Source of the DNA: Histomonas meleagridis 2922-C6/04-290x
Taxonomy: Eukaryota; Protista; Parabasalia
Length of the DNA: 64,000 nucleotides
Direction: 5' to 3'
NCBI GenBank assembly: GCA_020184695.1
Contig: JAANOX010000014.1
Location: forward strand, 302,149 to 366,148
The stretch's first letter is position 1; the number at the start of each line of letters is the position of its first letter. Both the position numbers and the translations under genes were made by a program. The notes under the pieces are model-generated. The model saw only the letters and a program-made list of their open reading frames with translations, did not search any database and had not been told where the DNA came from. This document shows, piece after piece, positions 56,060-64,000 of this stretch.

Positions 56060-56810
56060 AAAATATACTTTTTCAATATTACTCATTTCTCCAGGTCGAT
56101 TTGCCCTTAAATATGATAAAGGAATGTGATCAGTAAAAGGTTCTCCTGAAGGAACTTTAAAAAAAACTTTATAACGGTTTTTGGTTTTAAAAATAATTAA
56201 TTTCTTCTTATTTTTACTAAAGGATGTTTATTAATATCGATATTAATTTCAATTTTAATAGTAATGATATTATAAAGAAATATCTATATGATATGAATAA
56301 ATCAAATGTAATATCAGATTATAAAAAAGTATTTTCAGGAAGTGATTAAACACCAGAAGTATTCCTATTCAAAGATTATGATGCTATAAATCGTTGTGTA
56401 GAAGTTAGTTATACTAAAATGAAAGATATGCTAAAAAAAGTTAATAAAAATAATTGTTGGAGAAAGAATTATAAATGAAGGTAATAAAAAAAGAAGCGAA
56501 AGTGTTTTTTTATGGGATATATATTTATAGAATACATTATTATTACCTGTTAAAGAATTAGCTTTTCATAGCGATGATTCAGAAATATTTTGTTATTATA
56601 GAGGTTATGATTATCGAATATTACCAAAAGTTGAATATGATATAATAAGACCTTTCTTAAAACATTTAGTAGAAGTCATTTGTGAAAACAATAAAGTGAA
56701 TTATATATATATATATTAGTTTGGATAGCATCAATTCTTCAACAACCTAATTTGAAAACTGGTGTAGCAATAGTAATATTAGGAAATCAAAGTGTTGGTA
56801 AAAACACTGG
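56060..56810 (+). pseudogene. Fragment of a D5-like/SF3 primase-helicase, probably Maverick-derived
   Basis: YRGYDY...IRPFLKHLVEVICEN...WIASILQQP..KTGVAIVILGNQSVGKNT (Walker A). Frameshifted at a TA microsatellite (~56710) and truncated just after Walker A. Confidence 0.75.
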
Positions 56811-57025
56811 TATTGTCCTACAACCGTGGGAAATTTGAATGGGCAGTATTCAAAAAGTGGCAACATTATTCAATCATAATGGAGAATTTGAATAAAGTGT
56901 AACTTGCATTCAAAAATTGGTTATCAATTTGTATTTTGAAGAAATATATTAATTCAATGTCATCACGAATTATGTACAATTTTCGACATGTTTTTAGAAC
57001 AAAAATATAATTTGGCAATAATGTT
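56811..57025 (+). repeat. ~210-bp dispersed repeat, copy A
   Basis: TATTGTCCTACAACCGTGG...ATGGAGAATTTGAAT...TTGCATTCAAAAATTGG aligns with 61202-61420. Confidence 0.7.
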
Positions 57026-57501
57026 GAAACAAATATTATTTAATAGCAAGTTATCGACATTATATACATTATACATTGCATTAATTATAATGAATCAAGA
57101 GAAAAAATTATTATATACAGATTTGCATATAAATGTACTGACCCCTGTTGCACTTTTTCAATTCACTATATTAAAAAAACTCAAATATCTATTTATCAAT
57201 ATATTCAATGAGTAAATAAAGAGGCGCACTTTTTGACACTTCACTTTTCGATCGGTTAACATTAAAAGTGGATTACTAAAAAATGACCGTTAAAAGGTCT
57301 TAACGTTTTCTGTTCAGCACTTTTTGATATCCAGTTTCGAACCGTTTACGAAAAGTGCTAATACCATATTTTCAAAGCATCTTAAGATTTTTTATACATA
57401 TACGTCCAAAAATTTCGATTAAAAATTGAATGAATTAATAGAAATTGAAACAATCGAATATTTGATAAATTTAGAACCAATATTTGTCAGGTTTACTTTA
57501 A

Positions 57502-58112
57502 ATGAGCTTCAGCATTGAAGAGTTCAAGTACGATATCTGTGCCAAAGGCGTAAAGGCAGTGATGAAGAAATACCACATCGGAAGAGATAGGGTACATGAG
57601 ATTTGTAAAATGTTCGAAATCCAAATCCGAAATTGTGGTCGTTCATCTACTCCTGTAACTCAAGAAGAACTCGCCTATATAATGGCATATAAGCAGGAAG
57701 CTAATGTTGGTTACCAAGCAATGGCAAATGTAGCCAAGAGAGATCAATTTGCATCAAAGTCTCTCACAATATGGAAATGCAAATCAATATATGAACAATT
57801 TAGCTTGTTCCAATTTAATCGTCCAGAAAAAAAGAAAGAGCACCTCAATAGGTTTGTAGCAAAGTATGTCAATCAAGCTTGGTATACTGACCTACATATA
57901 TGGAGCTTCTCCCAGAAGAAAACTATAAGCAATTATATTTAATTGCGTTTATTGATGACAGAAGCATACTGATTATTCATTATTAGATACTTGAGCAAAA
58001 GACAAGTATCTTGGCAATGAACGCCCTCTCTGCTGCTCTGCAAAAAGGAGGAGTTCCCAAAACCATTATAATAAATTATGGGACCGAATTTCGTGGACCT
58101 TTCGATCCTTTT
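57502..58112 (+). pseudogene. rve/DDE integrase-like transposase remnant (IS481/IS3-like)
   Basis: NRFVAKYVNQAWYTDLH, then a frameshift to YLIAFIDDRS..IIHY*ILEQKTS..AL...PKTIIINYGTEF. It has an internal stop, the second catalytic Asp is lost, and it is 3'-truncated. Confidence 0.8.
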
Positions 58113-58129
58113 GGTGTCGTTTGATTAAC

Positions 58130-58502
58130 CCAATTTAAATAAATGATTGAATATTGATTCTGGAAAATGGTTATATTGTGGGTCATTGTAAAGTTCTGCT
58201 ATTTTGGTTTGTATTTGTGTTTCGGAATAATATGGATTTTTTGTTAAATCATTGTTTAAACAATTATGTTCTGATATTAGCAAATATTTGAAATTCTCAG
58301 TATCTTGACTGAATTCTACTTATAGCTTTGCTGGACACTTGTGCAAAGAAAACCTACTTCCATGAATGCATCTGTAATATGCGCGTCTAAAGTTTTTCCT
58401 CCCATAGGTATCAAATGAATATGTAAAGTCATCTATGTCTATATGAGCAGGTGTCCAAGATTGTCGTTTCGTGTATCTATCAGGCCATTCGATTGTTTGC
58501 AT
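58130..58502 (-). pseudogene. WRKY/FLYWCH-type zinc-finger fragment, probably from a Mutator-like transposase
   Basis: YYRCIHG...CPAKL*VEF...SEHNC: C-C-H-C pattern continues across a premature stop. Confidence 0.55.
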
Positions 58503-58629
58503 GTGAAAGATAAACTAAAGAAAGTTAGTTAAAAAAAAGTCAAATCGACAGGACCAATGGAATGACAAAAATAAGATTAAAAATGAAAATATTAAATATT
58601 AATCAAAATAATTTGTGTTTGCATTGTGC

Positions 58630-60070
58630 TGTATAACAAGAGAGAATCAAAAATGACTCAAGAGAAAAAACAAGAAAGTAAACAAGAATAAACGAGAACG
58701 AGTAAGAACAAGGAGAATTAAAAATAAAAAACAAAAATAAATAATGAAGAAGAATAAACAAAGACAATAAAAATAACAGACAAGAATAAACAATCGAAAA
58801 TAATATATGAGAATAAGTGAGCAAAAAGAATAAATGAAAATAAACAAGAACGAACAAGAACAAAAAAAGAAAATAAATGAAGAAAATGATAAGAATAAAA
58901 GATAAAAAACAGTGAATATAAAAAAAAGAAGAAATACGAAAAAGCAAAGACAAGCAAGAAAAAACAATGAATGAAATCGAAAAAAGAGAAAAAAAAGTTC
59001 AAACAAAAATAAACAGGAATAAATGAAAACAAACAACGAATGATCAATAATCATCAGAATCGATTAAAATAAACATTCAAGAATGAATGACAACGAACAA
59101 TACATATAAACAAATCATAAAAATAAACGTCAACAAACAATGAATGAGAATGAATAAACAAGAATAATTGAGAATAAACAATAATAATCATAGAATAAAC
59201 AAGAATAATCGAGAATATATATTAAATTCATGAGTATAAACAAAAAATACACAATAAATATATGATAGCAAACAAAAATAAATGAGAATTAATGAGAACA
59301 AAGAATAATAATCAATGAATAAACAAGTTAAAACATGGATAATTACATACGAATAAAATTCATCAAGAATTATCAAGTACTATCAAGTACAAATATTGAA
59401 TAAATGATAAAATTTAATGAACAAATGAGAATAAATATAAATAATGAAGAATAATCAATAAATGAACAAGAATAATTGAGAATAAACAAGAATAATCAAT
59501 GAATAAAGAATAATATCAAATGCATGAATAGAAGTAAACAAGAATAAATGAGAATAAACGATAATAATCAAGATTAATTAGAAATAAACAATTGTTTATA
59601 ATCATTAATGAGGACGAATGATGAATAATCAAGAACAAAAAATCAATAAACATTAATAAACAATGAACAAATGAGAATAAAAAATAAATAAGTTTGAATA
59701 AATAAGATCAAACAAAAACATATGAGAATAAATTAGAATAAGCAGAAATATACAAGAATAATCTAGAGCAAACAATGAATGTAAAAAAATAAACTTTAAC
59801 AAACAATGAACAAAGAAGAATAAACAATAATGAGTGATAATGAATATAAGCAAACAAATGAATAACTGAATGAGAATAATCAATGAAAAATCAAGAACAA
59901 ACAATGAATAAACAAGAACAAACAATTAATAAACAAGAACAAACAAGAATTATTCAAGAAAATAAACAAGAATAAGCAAGAATAAATATAAATGAATCAA
60001 AAAAACAAACAAGAATAAATGAGAACAAACAATGAGCAAACAAAGATTGAACAATGAATGAACAAGAATT
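58630..60070 (+). repeat. ~1.4-kb strand-asymmetric A-rich degenerate satellite (GAATAAACAA / AATGAGAATAAA variants)
   Basis: Recurrent short A-rich motifs; C and G occur almost only within AAC and GAA/GAG. Confidence 0.85.
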
Positions 60071-61201
60071 CTATTAATTGCGATATTATATTATATTAAA
60101 TTTATTAATTTCTTATATTACAACATAATATTCATTTTTTGTTAATTAAAGTAAATTGTATATCAAGATGCCCTTGTCTCGTCCAAATTCGTAATTTTTT
60201 TTATCAGAAAAATTGATAGCATTGAGATATTATAGAAAATTGAATTGTGTCATAATTTTTGGCGCCAATATTGGCGGGTCCGATGGTAGCGAAAAATTTA
60301 CTGAAACTGCTCATGATTATATCAAATTCATGTGATAACCGTCGTTGATGCGAAATCATATCATTATCTTCATGTTTATTTATCTTTACGCAACTCCTGG
60401 ACCACCGGGGGATCAGTATGGCAGGGCTGAGAATGGATCGCCGGCACATTCACGCTACAGCTGTACTACTACGTCAGGTAGGTCAACAATAACAAATTAA
60501 TACAGTAATACATCAGTGAACATCTCAGAAGAATCGGAAAATTGAGACGATAACCGCAAAAAGTGCGTACAGGTTACGCATTTCCGATATTGACGATTAA
60601 GTTCATATACAAAATTTTGAACTTTTCTGTGATATATTATATATATAATATATTTTCATTTCGTTTGGAGGGGTTTTGGTTTCGACCCATCTGAAAATCT
60701 ATTCAAAAATAAATGTTGGTGCTATTTGATATTTGTTTTTGTTGAAGCATCTAATAATCTTCGCTTGAACTTGTTTTTCAATGAGAAATTGAATCTTAAT
60801 TGTGTTATTTTGAGCAAATGAATGTGCATTATTGATTTGATAATGAAATTTTTTTAAAACAGGAGCAAAATTGATTACTGCATAGCAAGGACAATGATTC
60901 TATACACTTCTATTCCCATAAATACATCTGTAAAATGTTCTTCTATATTTTTTCGGACCATAACGTTCGAATTGGTATTTGTAATTGTTAATTTGAATAA
61001 AATAACGAATTCCTGGTAAAATTGGGTCGTAACGAGATGGCCATTGGGGCAACATTTGAGTCAAAATAGTTCAAAAGGTTTATGTAAAGGGGTGCACCCA
61101 ATCAAATTTTCCTATGAATGAAAAAAATATTATTTATATTCCTGAGATTATTACATTTTATTCATGGCTACCTTTTATTTAGGGGTGATAGTAAGTTAAA
61201 A

Positions 61202-61420
61202 TACTATCCGACAACCGTGGTAAATTTGGGTACTACCTCTGCAAAAAATGGAGGCCCTATTCAATCAAAATGGAGAATTTGAATTAGGTGTAATTTGCAT
61301 TCAAAAATTGGCCCTCAATTCGTTTTATGAAGAAATATTCAAATTCAATTTAATTTTGAATAATTTAGAATTATCGCCATGTTTTTTCTGAATATAAATA
61401 AAATTCGGCAAAGATGGCGT
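61202..61420 (+). repeat. ~210-bp dispersed repeat, copy B
   Basis: TACTATCCGACAACCGTGG... is a diverged direct copy of 56811-57025. Confidence 0.7.
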
Positions 61421-62568
61421 GGAAGGAATGTTGTAATATTTCATTTTCTGCTATTGATTTTTTTTTTGCTATATGTTAATTCTCATATATATGTGTTCAT
61501 TTCATTGTCTTATGTTCATTCTCACACATATGTGCTGATTCTCATTTATTCTTATTAATTTTTTATTATATATGTTTATTCTCACTTATATGTGCTTATT
61601 CTCATCTATATGTATTTCTTTTCATTATTTTATGTACCAACATTCGCTCAAATCATTCAAATATAATTTGGCAAATATATAATTTGAACGACTTTCATTT
61701 GATATAGATAATACATAGTTAACATGGGGTTTAGTTAAAGATGAATTCAAACTTATTCTAATTTCAGAAATGGAGCTCATATGATTAATTATATTCAAAA
61801 AGAATACGAATCAATGTTTACATTATTATTTCAATGAGCAATTGATTTGATTATTTCCATCCAACCTCCACATAGCATCGTATATTTTTTTCTATTAATT
61901 TTAATTGCTTTGAACGTCGTAAATATTAAATTTCATAAAATTTTAAACTAATAAAACATAATTAATATGTAGAACATGACAATTCATAAAAATACACACA
62001 CACACACAGCGCTATTGAAGCTTCGCGTGATACGCTCGCTTCAAGCCGCGCTACATAAAAGAAAGCATTAACGACGAGAGGATGATCGAAAATTAGGATT
62101 AACGGTAGGTTTTAAGGAAACAAAAAAGAAAAATAAAAATATTAAAACCTTACTTACTCTTACCTAACTTACCTATAAAAACTAGAAATTTTAAGAAAGA
62201 GGATAAATACATGCAGACAAAAACCAAGGTAAGTAAGAGTAAGGTAAGTAAGGAAATTAAGCTTAGTTTTGAAGTAGTTTTTTGATTTTTTATTCTCATA
62301 AATCGGTTGGTTTTGATTGAAAGTAATAAAATATATTTAAATTCATGATGACATTTATATTTAAAATGTGTGAGGCATAAAAATACTACTACTACTAATA
62401 CTACTACTAAAAAAGTTATTAGCTAAAGGAAATTCGGAAGAGCTGAGTGAGTTTCTCAAATCTTGTGAAATCACTTGAAAATCGTGAGTTTGCAGCCGTA
62501 AATGCCAAAATGAAATTAAGCTTAATTTTAAAGTAGTTTTTTGATTTTTTAATTTGTATATAAAGAGC

Positions 62569-62576
62569 TAAATGGC
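62569..62576 (+). promoter_or_regulatory. TAAATGGC start motif (also at 63334-63341 and 63993-64000), each downstream of a T-rich TTTTTT(G)ATTTTT tract
   Basis: The identical 8-mer overlaps the ATG of all three element ORF starts. I did not see it at the host gene starts I checked. Confidence 0.6.
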
Positions 62577-63298
62577 GATTGTTAATTTTACGTGTGTAAA
62601 AGATGGAAAAACGAGCATTGTTACTTATAAAACCGAAGAACAAATTCAAAAATACATCGAAAATAAAATTAATAAATATGTTGCTGAGCATAAAGAAGAA
62701 GTAAAAAGAACTTATTTTCTTAAGAAAGAACATACAAAAGAAGATTATGAAAAGATTCTTGATGAAATAGAGTACAACATGCATCACATTCCCGAAAAGT
62801 ATTTAAAACCTGAAAATGAATTTATAACGGTCGATATGATTAAAGAACAATATAAAAAACAAGCTCAAGAAGAATATCAACTTGTTTTAAATGACATGAA
62901 GAAAGCAGAAAATTTTCAGAAATTTTTAATTCAAGAAAGAAAGAAATTAGAAAAATATCCTCGGTGTAATCAAAATGTTATTGATAATTTGACAGAATAC
63001 AGTAAGAAAGCGTAAAGGAGATATAACAGATAAAATAGATAAAATAGTTGATGCAGTTCCTGACGGTAAGATTAAAGACAAAATTAAACGAGCCGTAGAT
63101 AAAGGCAAAGAAGTAGCCGAACGTGTTTTAGACACAGGTCAAAAGATTTCGGATAAAACTCAACCGTGGATTCAAGCAGGCGATAAATTTAAACAATGGA
63201 TCGAACACGAACAAAATTTAGGTAAGCAACAAAGATATCAAATGAAACCTGCGGTAATGAAACCTCAACCAAGAGTAATGATTCCTGGATTAATGTGA
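62572..63298 (+). CDS. Putative Maverick hypothetical protein split by a +1 frameshift at ~63008
   Basis: ORF 62572-63015 overlaps an ATG-less frame open 62993-63298 (RKGDITDKIDKIVDAVPDG...VMIPGLM*). Confidence 0.6.
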
Positions 63299-63336
63299 TT
63301 CATTAAATGATTTTTTGATTTTTTTATATTTAATAA

Positions 63337-63969
63337 ATGGCAGAGAACGAGACTGAACGGCTCTACGAGCCTGAGCTCCTTCGGAGCGAAACAGAAATTG
63401 TATTAGGAGAAGAAAACGAAAATGTGAATGAAGAAAAAACTTCGGATGTTAAGATAACAAAGAAAGCAGTAAAAGATTTAACACAAGAAGAAAAAGAAAT
63501 TATAATTGCTAATGCTAAAAAAGGAATTGAAAATGAATTTTTTGACGTCAAATTTTTCAAGAACGGTAACGCTAGAGTTACAGCAAAGAAATCAAAAACT
63601 CCAACGGTTAGTCAAAAAATAATTAAAAACAACAACGACGGTAAAGTTTATTTATCAAATGATCAATTATTAATGGAGCATATAATTGAATTAAATTCAC
63701 GATTAGATAAATTAACAGGTAAGCATAAAAAGCTTAAGAAGAAGTATCATCGTTTGAGGGATGATATTTATATTGATGCTGAGGAAATTCCTTCGGTCGA
63801 ACAAACAAGAAATGACGAGCAAGTCTCGCTAGATGCTCGAAACTCACAAGGTTCGGAGCAAAAGGAAGATATAGTTTCGTCAGAAGCTCAAGTTTCGTCA
63901 GAACGTCAAGAACAAGTTTATAATGTGCCGGTACAACGCGGATGGAGAGCAAGAGTTCAATACTTATAA
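63337..63969 (+). CDS. Putative Maverick conserved hypothetical protein with coiled coil
   Basis: 210-aa intact ORF; LSNDQLLMEHIIEL...KHKKLKKKY..L..DIY segment. Confidence 0.7.
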   Translation: MAENETERLYEPELLRSETEIVLGEENENVNEEKTSDVKITKKAVKDLTQEEKEIIIANAKKGIENEFFDVKFFKNGNARVTAKKSKTPTVSQKIIKNNNDGKVYLSNDQLLMEHIIELNSRLDKLTGKHKKLKKKYHRLRDDIYIDAEEIPSVEQTRNDEQVSLDARNSQGSEQKEDIVSSEAQVSSERQEQVYNVPVQRGWRARVQYL

Positions 63970-64000
63970 ATTAATATTTTTTTATTTTTAATTAAATGGC

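Larger units (their letters stand above)
61994..64000 (+). mobile_element. Probable left end of a Maverick/Polinton
   Basis: (AC)7 microrepeat terminus, GC-rich hairpin, subterminal repeats, then tightly packed co-oriented ORFs with a shared start motif. The 63337 ORF resembles trichomonad Maverick ORFs from memory; not searched. Confidence 0.65.

Noticed and set aside
58603-59925. Hydrophobic F/L/I/Y-rich minus-strand ORFs as membrane proteins
   Set aside because: They are translation artefacts of the T-rich strand of the satellite: several overlapping frames, no motifs.
60204-60600. GC-richer island as a gene or structured RNA
   Set aside because: Only short broken frames, no recognisable motif or RNA fold; left unannotated.
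62419-62787. Antisense ORFs in the Maverick-like region (also 62947-63135, 63363-63560, 63734-63952)
   Set aside because: Complementary-strand shadows of the K/E-rich plus-strand ORFs.
1-64000. tRNA, rRNA or snRNA genes
   Set aside because: None recognised by eye; tRNAscan-SE and Infernal were not run, so small RNAs cannot be excluded.

Overview
Very AT-rich eukaryotic DNA with no canonical introns seen. I infer a parabasalid (trichomonad, Tritrichomonas-like) genome from DUF3447/ankyrin genes, TCA(C/T)TT initiator motifs, compact gene spacing and Maverick-like ORFs; the species is not confirmed. From 1-55 kb it is host gene space: UBX protein, BEACH pseudogene, S28 peptidase homolog, Mot1/BTAF1, two DUF3447-ankyrin loci, a 1.76-kb inverted duplication around a surface protein, two LysM-GH19 genes plus a bacterial-type malic enzyme, RMI1, an LRRC23-like protein, a Cdc15/SepA-like kinase, RING, NTF2, LysRS and a 2402-aa exonuclease-like/DEAH helicase/RBR fusion. 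From 56-64 kb it is nested transposon debris followed by the probable left end of a Maverick/Polinton. The most striking feature is in the ankyrin loci. Every repeat stops at the same residue and is followed by an AT-rich spacer of 80+20n nt (repeat period 170+20n bp). The spacers break the frame or contain stops, lack usable GT-AG ends and fall in all three phases, yet the ~90-nt ankyrin modules stay intact. This could be non-canonical introns or a cassette system. No RNA data were available, so all function statements are inference.
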